64,000 nucleotides of DNA from NCBI GenBank assembly GCA_032718475.1, contig JAUCBJ010008277.1:4191-68190 (forward strand). The letters are read 5' to 3'. The DNA is from Nemertoderma westbladi. Its lineage: Eukaryota; Animalia; Xenacoelomorpha. Below the pieces are notes generated by a model that saw nothing but the letters and a program-made list of their open reading frames with translations, was not told the DNA's origin and ran no database searches. Both the position numbers and the translations under genes were made by a program. Below are positions 25,301 to 34,654 of the stretch, piece by piece. The number at the start of each line of letters is the position of its first letter. Position 1 is the stretch's first letter.

Positions 25301-28300
25301 CAATAACTGTTTGGTGCAAGGGACTGTGGGAGTGCACAATAACTGTTTGGTGCAAGGGACTGTGGGAGTGCACAATAACTGTTTGGTGCAAGGGACTGTG
25401 GGAGTACACAATAACTGTTTGGTGCAAGGGACTGTTGGAGTGCACAATAACTGTTTGGTGCAAGGGACTGTGGGAGTGCACAATAACTGTTTGGTGCAAG
25501 GGACTGTGGGAGTGCACAATAACTGTTTGGTGCAAGGGACTGTGGGAGTGCACAATAACTGTTTGGTGCAAGGGACTGTTGGAGTGCACAATAACTGTTT
25601 GGTGCAAGGGACTGTGGGAGTGCACAATAACTATTTGGTGCAAGGGACTGTGGGAGTGCACAATACCTGTTTGGTGCAAGGGACTGTGGGAGTGCACAAT
25701 AACTGTTAGGTGCAAGGGACTGTGGGAGTGCACAATAACTGTTTGGTGCAAGGGACTGTGGGAGTGCACAATAACTGTTAGGTGCAAGGGACTGAGGGAG
25801 TGCACAATAACTGTTTGGTGTAAGGGACTGTGGGAGTGCACAATAACTGTTTGGTGCAAGGGACTGTGGGAGTGCACAATAACTGTTTGGTGCAAGGGAC
25901 TGTGGGAGTGCACAATAACTGTTAGGTGCAAGGGACTGAGGGAGTGCACAATAACTGTTTGGTGCAAGGGACTGTGGGAGTGCTCAATAACTATTTGGTG
26001 CAAGGGACTGTGGGAGTGCACAATAACTGTTTGGTGCAAGGGACTGTGGGAGTGCACAATAACTGTTTGGTGCAAGGGACTGTGGGAGGGCACACTAACT
26101 TTATTGTGTAAGGGACTATGGGAGTGCACAATAACTGTTTGGTGCAAGGGACTGTGGAGTGGAGTGCACACTAACTTTATTGTGCAAGGGACTGTGGGAG
26201 TGCACAATAAATATTTGGAATAAATTGCACATAGTTATAGAAAATTACGAAATTCACCGATCAATGACGATTGGATGACTGAAAAGTTGTGATCATGTTG
26301 TAGATTTTCGTTTTATTGTACACGATAATTAAATCATTGAGTAATTCAGTTGTTCCTTAAAAATATAAATAATTAATTACTTAATATTTAGCACAACACT
26401 GCAGACAAAGTTTAATAATAATTAATATTAAAATCGTAGTCAAAACTAATTAATAAATAAACCACGCTTTAAATAATTAAACTTTTTGAATTACAAATAT
26501 TCAATTCTAAAATTCGATGTCTATTTGGATTACACAACTATAACTATAAATAAAATGTTATAATGTTTTGTTTATAATAATAACTATTTACTTCCAATGT
26601 TGTATCCTCGTGCGAATTAGTATTAATCACTGCACTGTGAATAATTAGGAATTAATATCATTTTTTTGTGAAATTCTCTATTTCAGTGACCATTGTAAGT
26701 ATCGGTTATATAATATATATATGCTTTATATAAACCTTTACACTTCCTTCTACAGTGGAGTCAGTTTGGTGTTTATCTTTTTCATAAATGTTATAAAATA
26801 AATCATTTTATAAGTACCGGTATCTGTATAATGTTATATAAACTAATAACTACTAATCTGAACTGGTAATATATTTAAGCGCTTAACATTCTTCGAGAGA
26901 GAGCCTGACTTATTTATTTTCCTTTGTAGCTCGATTTCACACTTTCATAATATTTAAATTTCCCGCGTTAGTAAACACGACGTATTCGTCCGCTACACCA
27001 ACTAGCGTCTGTCTCGGAACTAATTTCTCGCACGGCTTGTACTCATTGAGACCGAGTTCTAGAACGGTGGCGCCTGTAATTCTGTCGAGGATCTTAAGTC
27101 GATTGAACCAGGGCAATGCATACGTGAGGAGTTCTCCTTTAATAGCTGGTACAACGAGCACATCGCTGTCTTTGGATACAACCCATTCGTCTAATACTTC
27201 CACCGTGTAGTTGTTATCGTCAGCGTTCTGCTGAGCCCTCGCTATGCTGTGACGCGTGCCTCTCTCCACTAAGTAGATACATTTATCGTCCACCGCTTTC
27301 AACCATATCACCGGTGACTTAGAAACGATTGTCGTCTCCAGTTTCGGTTTAGTTAAGTCGTCTATGCTATAGACATCCACGCAGGGTGTCTCGCAGTGCG
27401 AGGTAGTGAAGGTGCCCACGTATAACCTGGTATCTGTTAGATGAACGGAAGTCTGGAGCTTCTTGGTCTTCAGTATTGGTCGTTTCGATTCCTCCACTAC
27501 CGTATCGACCATGTTAAATAGGTAGACCTCGTTATCTTCAGTGACCACGCACACTTTATTATCTTGAGTTGTCATCCGGGCGACTCCTAGCAACCGGCAG
27601 ACGTTGGGTAGATGCCACAGCGTCTCTAGAGTCTCTGTGCCGTAGACAACCACGGTGTCCTCAGCTTCCCCGGCGTTACCAATCGGTACGTGTAAGTGCA
27701 GCGCCAACATGGAGTCGTCCGCGAATAACTCCATCCTGTACACAACGTCGCTTCTTAAGGTCAGGCCGTTTTTGTGTTGCAAAGTGTCGACATCAAAAAC
27801 GTTAAGGAAGTTCTCGGATATCGTGTAGATGTGCCGCGGGGTGCAGGCGAAAAGATATATGTGTTCGATGATCGGTACGGACCGCTGCACCAAGTGGGAG
27901 GATTCCACGTTGAGTTGGAGGGTTTTCCTACCCATCGTCCTGTACAGGAGGAGGATTGCCGAGTCCTTGGTCGTCATGGTAGCGCTGATCGTTAAGTAGT
28001 GGTCGAGACAGAGTTTGGTTACAGCGAAGGTGGACTTTTTGCTCGGTCGATTGAGTTTCTTGTGGTCGAAAGAATCGATTGTTTCGATGTAGTCGAGTAA
28101 CTGGTTGCAGAGTCGGGCCGGTTTAACTGGCAGCGATAAAGTGGAAGTCAACCCGAGAATCAGCGCTTCAACTCTCTGCGAAATTTTCGCTGTGCTCTAT
28201 AATCAATCAAATAATTAATATTATTATATTAATTTTCTAATATTAATCATGCTGTTTATTTTCTGTGTTTTAGATAGTTATTTTTTCCCTCCACTAGATA

Positions 28301-31300
28301 TTAATTTGTCGCCGAAAAAACCGAATCACGAGCATTAAGATACATGGTATTGTGATTTTATTATTTGGAAAGTTTGATATCGTCTTATTTGTCAAAATTC
28401 ATAACAGTTTTTCGTGGCTACGACACACTTAGTTCAAGAGACTTAATAAGGAAACTAGGAAAGTCCAAGGCCGATTTTATGAAAAATTAACTTATGAAAA
28501 ATACGCTATAAAATGACTCATAAAGTGCTTTATTTACCAGGTCACGATACTTACGTGCAATATGTTATCGGCAAAAACTTTAGCTTCCTGAAGGTGCTTT
28601 ATCGCGTGTTTCTTATCTTCCATATCTACTTTCTCCACAGCCAGCTCTACTTCTGAGTAACCCTCAGCTACACTCGTATCATTCTTAGTAATAACCTTCT
28701 CTATTTTCCTTTGAATGATCTCAATAATATGTTCTCTAAGTTGTGCATTTATTAACATATTGTCAGCTTCTCCCGCAAACTTGTTCGTAAAGAAGTCTCT
28801 GATCGTGTTCACCATAGTCGTGGTGTCCGGAAATTTCTTATCTTTTTTTGATGCCATTTTGTCGAATAATTATTGACCACTAGTCTTATTCACTCCACAT
28901 GAATGCCGGTCTAATACACCCGCCCATACGGGAAACTCCCTTTGTCTCAACTATCTTAAATCCATTGGAATAAAAAAATGGAATAAATAATTTATATAAT
29001 AGTAAACATTAATATAACAATGTAAATTAATTAAACCTACCTATAAATGGGACATGAACTCCAAGGATCTGGGAACGTATTACTCTGTAGTGACCAATAT
29101 TACGCAGAGATAGTAATGCACTGTTCCCAATCTACCACATGGTGTCTGTATGTGACAATAATAATAATAATAATTCATGTTTTAACCTATGGATACTATT
29201 ATTTCTGATAATATCTTTTAATATGACTTCCATTGTAATATTTTATCGGATATGATTATTTCGTATTTGTGTTGTATTTTTTTCGTTGAGCAAAACTGAG
29301 TATATTCCAGGTGGGATCGAACTGGTGACCACTTGGTCAAACGTTTGTCTCTAACCATTTCATATTATTCGATAACAATCCTGGAGTTATTCCCGTTGTA
29401 ACTCCAGTTAGCGCATCTGTTGCGTTCTGTACCAGTATTTGACTTTGTTAACATTTCCCGAATAGTTAATGCAGACCGGACCCACCTTGGACAACCACTA
29501 CCCCTGTCCACACCTTATACCGTTCACATATCTGGAGTCTGAGGTCGTGCGGGATTCGATTCCCACTAAGCGGTAAGAGGAGTGTTCGTTGAGGCACAAA
29601 TGCCGTAAAGGTAGCAGCCCGAGCGCATCATTAAGTGGTAACTAAATGAGTTTCAGTTTCCTCGTGAGTACCAACTTCCAGTTCGATACCACTTGGGCTT
29701 CTCTGATGACTTTTCTGAAGAACTGTACTCAATAGACCCATGCATAAGCATACACGAAGTGGGGCCTTCGCGCAGCACGTGACTTAAATTTAATTTAAGT
29801 ACTAATTCGAAAGTATTACTGTATTAGCAAATTTTAAGCAGATTTCGCCTAATCACTTTTTACCTCTTTCATTTCTATTCAGACATTTCTGACTCTAGCG
29901 GTATAGTGAGAACTGAAGATGGATTAGGGTCTCCAGCCCCACAAAGACACAGCCTATGGATGAATAGTACATACGTACATCGGCCAAGTTTCATCTTGAA
30001 TAACGGATAACGAAATGAGAGACGGATCTCACTTTCAGATATTTCGTCGTATAGCGGCAGACCGATTAAATCTCCCCCCCCCCCCCCCCCCCCACAAAGA
30101 CGCAGCATGTGGTCCAGAATATATGGCAAGATTCAGCTTAAACTGATTAAAATCAATGAGACGGGAGAATCTATTCACTTTCAGGCATAAAGTAGTCCTA
30201 TAGCGGGTGACTGTTGAACTGATTTTCAAGAAAACAAATTTTCAACTTGGCAGCTTTAAATTCGACAAAGTTATAAGCATGTCAATATCATAACGACGAC
30301 AACGATTTCACTTTCAGACATTTGGCCCTCTAGCGGCAGACTGGAGAACTGCAGATGGATTCGCCTCCTTTGAAAGTCACAGCTAATGGTCTAATACATA
30401 TCTGCCAAGTTTCAGCTTAAATGGATTAAAAGCAAAGAAATGGGAGGGCATTTAATGTTTAGACATGTGGCCCTCTAGCGGGAGACCATTGCACTGATGG
30501 TGTCTGAAAGTCTCTCAAAAATCTCAACTTTAGCTCATATTGATACCTACAAATTTTCAACTTGGCAGCTTTAAATCCGACAAAGTTATTAGCATGTCAA
30601 AATCGTAACGACGACAACGATTTCACTTTCAGACCTTTGGCCCTCTAGCGGCAGACTGGAGAACTGCAGATGGATTCGCCTCCTTTGAAAGTCACAGCTA
30701 ATGGTCTAATACATATCTGCCAAGTTTCAGCTTAAACGGATTAAAAGCAAAGAAATGGGAGGGCATTTAATGTTTAGACATGTGGCCCTCTAGCGGGAGA
30801 CCATTGCACTGATGGTGTCTGAAAGTCTCTCAAAAATCTCAACTTTTGCTCATATTGATACCTACAAATTTTCAACTTGGCAGCTTTAAATCCGACAAAG
30901 TTATTAGCATGTCAAAATCGTAACGACGACAACGATTTCACTTTCAGACCTTTGGCCCTCTAGCGGCAGACTGGAGAACTGCAGATGGATTCGCCTCCTT
31001 TGAAAGTCACAGCTAATGGTCTAATACATATCTGCCAAGTTTCAGCTTAAACGGATTAAAAGCAAAGAAATGGGAGGGCATTTAATGTTTAGACATGTGG
31101 CCCTCTAGCGGGAGACCATTGCACTGATGGTGTCTGAAAGTCTCTCAAAAATCTCAACTTTTGCTCATATTGATACCTACAAATTTTCAACTTGGCAGCT
31201 TTAAATCCGACAAAGTTATTAGCATGTCAAAATCGTAACGACGACGACGACAACGACGACGACGACGACGACAACGACGACGACGACAACTATTTGCATA

Positions 31301-34300
31301 AATTGACCCACCCCCTAACAGTGTCAATTCGCTAAGGCTCCGCCAACTTCGTGGCTCGCCCCACACGCTTATATAAGCATACATCCTGGTATTTTTACTC
31401 ACCTCTTGCTATTGTTTTATACTTCGAAAAAGTAAAATAACTTCGTTAAAGTCAGCAAAAGTATTGTAACGTCATTGAATTGAAAGTCTGTAAAAATATT
31501 TCAACGGATTGTGTTAGTGTATAAAGTAGTTATATAATTACTATTTGTGTTGCTACTTTTATTTGTTCGCGATAATTTTGATCAAAGTCCGACTAAACTT
31601 ACCAAATCAATGCACTTGTTAGCCCCATTGGATGTCGTTAATGCACTAGGGAGCGAGCTGACGTGGTGAGATAACGCTAGAAAGTTTTTCCGTTCCAAGA
31701 GGGTTTAATATTAGTCATCGTAAAGCAAACAAGTCTGAATACCACCGTCTTTATCTGTAATATAATACGGCAGCCGTAGTGTCGCCCATATGAGGAATAT
31801 CAGGTATTCAATTTTCGGTTTTTTATATTTGAAGAATTTGTATTTTTTTAAATTTCTCCTGAATTGTTTTTGGCGCTTATTTCTATCTTATAACCTGTAC
31901 AGATACTAATTCGTTTATTGTTTTGGTTAGATTCAGCCATTCTGTAACCTGGTTTTGGTGAAAGCCTGGCATTCTTAACATGTGGGAAACTGCGAAGTGA
32001 AATGTAACTTCAGAAATCTGGTATATTTCATGTGGGCCCGTAGTGCCGCTACGATGGGTACGAAGGCCCTGGAGAGAGAGTTAATTCATTATTTTACAGT
32101 GTTTATTCGCTAGGTGGCGCTCTTTACATTCAACATTTTATTGACCGCTAAGGGGTGTATGATTTATGAACCTTTTCCAGGAAGATGACTCAGATGTGTT
32201 CCGTGGTTTCATATTGGTTCATTTAAATCTTACTCGACCAATCAGAGTGAAGCACGGCTGTCGGCCGCTATCATTAGCCTTATCTGATGACGCCTACTAC
32301 AGCCCAGAGCTCGCCAGCGGTGACTATGGTGAGCTGAAATATTTATTTATTTATATTTACAAAATGATTAATTTTTATTTTAAATTAAATTTCTTCTATT
32401 ACCAAGCGCAATTAATTATTTTTTTTCAGGCAAGACGTCGTTTTTCATTCCGCGCGGCACCACCAAAGCTGTCCACTCATTGAGCACCGCCACAACCATC
32501 GGGATCATTAAGGCCTTACTCAAAAAATTCCATGTGGAAGATCATCCGAGAAAGTTTGCCTTATTTGAAGAATCAATCGACTCATCTGGAAAACCGCAGG
32601 TCAGTCAGCTGTCAACGCATCTCAGCTGTAATGATTATTTATTATTATTATTACTATTTGTTACAGTATGTCAACTTATCAGTTTTCCGGTGATATCCTC
32701 ATAACGCAGCAAATTAATCACTAACTTAGTAACAATAAACTTCTAGTTTACATATAAAGTAAAATGATATGAATTTTAACATTAATATTCCTAAACAATA
32801 CAATATATATTTAGGATTCAGAACGCCGATAAGTTGAGAAAATGTAACAAAATTACGTACTTCGTTATATTCAGGGTTAATGACCTTTGTATATTTATGT
32901 AAACCTCCCTCGCTAGTCGCTACCCTCCCACTGTATATTGTAATGCAGTTAATGTACTCCACTTAGTTGGAGCGCCTATAGTTGGTAACAATAAACGTAC
33001 AGTTGGGCGAGCCACGCAGTCAGACAGACAGACAATTATAATTAGTAAATAAGGAAAAATTTAATGTCCGTCCGTCTGTCTATCTGCCTGAGTCTGTCTG
33101 TCTATCTGTCTGTCTGAAATGTATATCTGTATGAAAAATTCATTCGTAAATAACTTTTGAAGATTTTAACCATTTTCAACCAAATGTTGTATGGGCATAC
33201 TAGAGAAAAAGTTCCCAATATGTTTGAAAGTTACGGGCAAATACCTCTCGAACTTTTGACTCCAGATCAAATCGAACTTGTTTCGAACTTTCTCAAGTTC
33301 TACGCGATGTGCTACGCGACGCCCCACGAACGTGTTTCTAGTACTAGAGGTCTTAGTGATTACGTTGAATTTAATTAACCTTAAAACTTGTTTAAATAGT
33401 TACGACGTATGAAGGACAGCGAGCGGCCTTTGTATTTATGTTTGGTTTGGGGACCCGAAGACACAAAACATCGGTTCGTGTTACAGGAGAATGAGACCGG
33501 AGAAATACAGGTAAATGAGAATTACTTTGAAAATTAGTGATATTCGCAGGTGTAGTATAGGGTTGCAAATGGTTCCCCATCCCGGTGGAAAATCCTGATC
33601 CCGATCGGGATTTGCTATATCTGAATTTATTTGCCGTTCAGCTTTAAAATTTGTAAAATTGTATAAAAATGGACAATTTTGCCAAATAGAAAACCAATAA
33701 TTTTTGTCAAAAACAAAAATTTTGGGGGAATTAAATGTTGGAAGTTTTTGGAAAAATGTTGCAGAAATTATATTAATGAAATATTTACGTGGGAAATAAA
33801 CAACGTCTGTGAACCATTTGGAAAAAGTCAGTGGATATTTTTACATAGGCACTTTTTAGTACATGAGATTTCTCGAAAGTTTTTTTACTCCCATAAACCA
33901 GAGAGGTAGGTAGACTAGTAGACAGGGCAGATAGCTATTTTAAGTTTTGGATGAGTTTGGCCGCAATAAAATTGAAAATCCCGATCCCGAAAATTGTGAA
34001 TCCCGATCCCGTTGCAACACTAAGTGTAGTTTCCGCTGTAATAATTAGCAAAAATTATCAGCACCGGCTTGTACTCTATGAGATAGCATGAAATTTGAAA
34101 ATCCGTTGCTGGGTGAGCCGGAATTTTTATTTTTGCTTTCAATCTTTAGCTACACGCGTTTGAAAAAGGTGTCTCTGTCGATATTGCACTAGTTACACGG
34201 CAGTTATTCTTCAACCTTATAATATAGTGATTTATTGGTAGCGATAGAAAGGTGACGTTGCAAGGATTCAAAGTAAATAAATATAACATTTATAGAAAAT

Positions 34301-34654
34301 AATTGGGGGTGTCCACAAAATTATCTCAGTTTCAAATTCCATGTGATATCATTAAGATTTGTACTAAAATGGGGCGGGGTTGCAGAGAATTACGATACAC
34401 ATTATTATTCCAGAAGTTGGGTTATTACATTGTAGGATATGATATTTACATATACAGTGTTTAGTTAACTATCTATCTATATTCCGCAGTGGGAAGCATT
34501 CACTGTTCCAGAACTACGAAATTTCATAAGAATTCTGGACATGGAGGAGAAGCAACAAGTTCGACAGATTCGTGAGCGGTACATCACGCAGCGGTTGTAT
34601 CTGGACACTGCGCTAGCAGACAAGTCGGCTCTCGGGACAATATCCGATGTGTAA
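10340..34654 (+). CDS. RASSF1/5-like: Ras-association domain family protein, RASSF1/3/5 type (C1-RA-SARAH), ~456 aa, 8 coding exons: 10340-10569, 12398-12522, 21934-22172, 23903-24085, 32181-32328, 32430-32599, 33400-33510, 34490-34654
   Basis: All seven introns are GT-AG with compatible phases (2,1,0,0,1,0,0); the joined CDS is 1371 nt and open. C1: HTFQLTSLSPPSFCDHCGEFIWGLTSKCLRCKECNFTCHQRCRPKVTLEC. RA: FRGFILVHLNLTRPI...TSFFIPRGTTKAVH...KALLKKFHVEDHPRKFALFE...FVLQENETGEI. SARAH: WEAFTVPELRNFIRILDMEEKQQVRQIRERY. Exon 1 is supported by phase and position only. Confidence 0.92.
11313..12335. mobile_element. pogo/Tc1-mariner-like MITE in RASSF intron 1
   Basis: TA|CCGTAATTCGGGGTGAC ... GTCACCCCGAATTACGG|TA, with several internal GGGGTGACTTGATACA repeats in both orientations. 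Confidence 0.85.
12760..12995 (+). mobile_element. tRNA-derived SINE-like element
   Basis: Pol III B-box GGTTCGATCCC; core TTAAGTGGTAGCTAAATGAGTGCCAGTTTC shared with 29540-29800; ends in TTTAC-like repeats. Confidence 0.55.
13380..14830 (+). mobile_element. Highly decayed non-LTR retrotransposon relic
   Basis: RT-like RGILQGD-type motif at ~14301-14325, KASGP motif in ORF 13629-13982, and Cys/His cluster CICSFCGNSAADRCH near the 3' end; many stops. Confidence 0.5.
15100..16539 (-). CDS. Unrecognised 479-aa Pro/Cys/His/Gly-rich protein, single exon, nested antisense in RASSF intron 2
   Basis: 1.44-kb GC-rich open frame in an AT-rich intron; first ATG at 16539 with an in-frame stop upstream; CxxG repeats, His/Cys segment, basic KEKKRKRKERKK stretch and (GYGGGGG)n repeat. 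Confidence 0.7.
   Translation of the reverse strand: MPQGDAVYVGLPPETPQPRLWTRFSDRIRPRACEPIGATQPVATAITQPITLPNEPPQAIPLAEYEPTVYRPTVRMTNVRPTPIVVEDDCRSRCTVTDLNPNVAMVTRETPTSSVVAKQDSQQPGVALVAKKNPLVARSKRYMVWGEPKMAHPWCNTGGCGNGRIEYIPPGCNPVIYRNGCVASACNPGVCMEGCMASGCNQGVCKTGCAGVCRNGCAGVDLMHSHLHPAGSTHPCHYDDSRHCNTSRYHHCDSTCPSCCPVAKEKKRKRKERKKPEKRDFATSYYDDGGPITGPPIFTTDKATHTPAPAPRVVRNQATAYDSAPPTALRDESTWYDERDAGVRPPCEHCGWDPECQWGCPGVGCGGGYGGGGGGYGGGGGGYGGGGGGYGGGGGRYGGGGGGYGGAGYGGGGGGGEWCARDARYRCPHPHPIRQPLLPPTKDKCTAYDPDYPPLVYRRNASTSYKRHERVRSSSDSDY
19438..20089 (+). CDS. Probable alternative first coding exon of the RASSF gene (short isoform lacking the first half of C1)
   Basis: ATG at 19438 opens a 217-codon protein-like frame ending ACC G|GTTTGT (phase 1). 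This matches the phase-1 acceptor at 21934, and the sequence turns AT-rich immediately afterwards. Confidence 0.6.
20451..21510. repeat. 44-bp minisatellite, ~24 copies
   Basis: Unit AGGAACCTAGCATACACGAAGTAGGCGAGCTTTATCAAACAATA; four copies carry a GAAAAGGG variant block. Confidence 0.97.
23089..23560 (+). mobile_element. Non-autonomous Helentron/HINE-like repeat (single core unit)
   Basis: TGTGGGGCGAGCCACGAAGTT...CTGACACTGTT...GGGTCAATTT and the body match the reverse complement of the 29820-31365 element. The right boundary is approximate. Confidence 0.6.
24053..24742. repeat. 46-bp minisatellite, ~15 copies, derived from the RASSF exon 4/intron 4 junction
   Basis: Unit AACAGTGTTAGGACCGGGGCAGTTCTAACCATG|GTGAGTCAAATAT; the first copy overlaps the coding exon end at 24085. 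Confidence 0.95.
24812..26210. repeat. 36-bp minisatellite, ~38 copies
   Basis: Unit GTGCAAGGGACTGTGGGAGTGCACAATAACTGTTTG; it explains the repetitive ORFs on both strands. Confidence 0.97.
26937..28857 (-). CDS. Unrecognised two-exon gene (~520 aa; exons 28857-28555 and 28196-26937), helical N-terminus plus probable beta-propeller, nested antisense in RASSF intron 4
   Basis: Donor CAC|GTAAGT at 28555/28554 and acceptor ATAG|AGC at 28197/28196, both phase 0, join ORFs 28534-28857 and 26937-28151. Repeated beta-strand motifs (LNVFDVDT, VVVYGTET, VYLFNM, VDVYSI, LKILDRITG). AATAAA lies ~20 nt after the stop. Confidence 0.8.
29540..29800 (+). mobile_element. tRNA-derived SINE-like element (related to 12760-12995)
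   Basis: GAGGTCGTGCGGGATTCGATTCCC B-box and core TTAAGTGGTAACTAAATGAGTTTCAGTTTC. Confidence 0.55.
29820..31365 (-). mobile_element. Helentron/HINE-like element with internal 315-bp tandem repeats and an (ACG)n microsatellite
   Basis: TTCAACTTGGCAGC recurs at 30241, 30556, 30871 and 31186 (period 315); a diverged unit lies upstream; ACG/ACA tract at 31238-31290; terminus AACTTCGTGGCTCGCCCCACA shared with 23089. The repeat is certain; the family assignment is inferred. Confidence 0.7.
33003..33350 (+). mobile_element. Short HINE/DINE-like element with GTCY microsatellite
   Basis: Starts TTGGGCGAGCCACG, contains GTCC/GTCT tracts and ends TTTCTAGTACTAG. Confidence 0.5.
33558..34022. mobile_element. 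hAT-like MITE in RASSF intron 7
   Basis: TAGGGTTGCAA ... TTGCAACACTA termini, subterminal ATCCCG repeats, and GTGTAGT on both flanks (imperfect TSD). Confidence 0.7.

Noticed and set aside
32166-32704. ORFs 32166-32483 and 32480-32704 as separate genes or a frameshifted pseudogene
   Set aside because: They are RASSF exons 5 and 6 separated by a 101-bp GT-AG intron.
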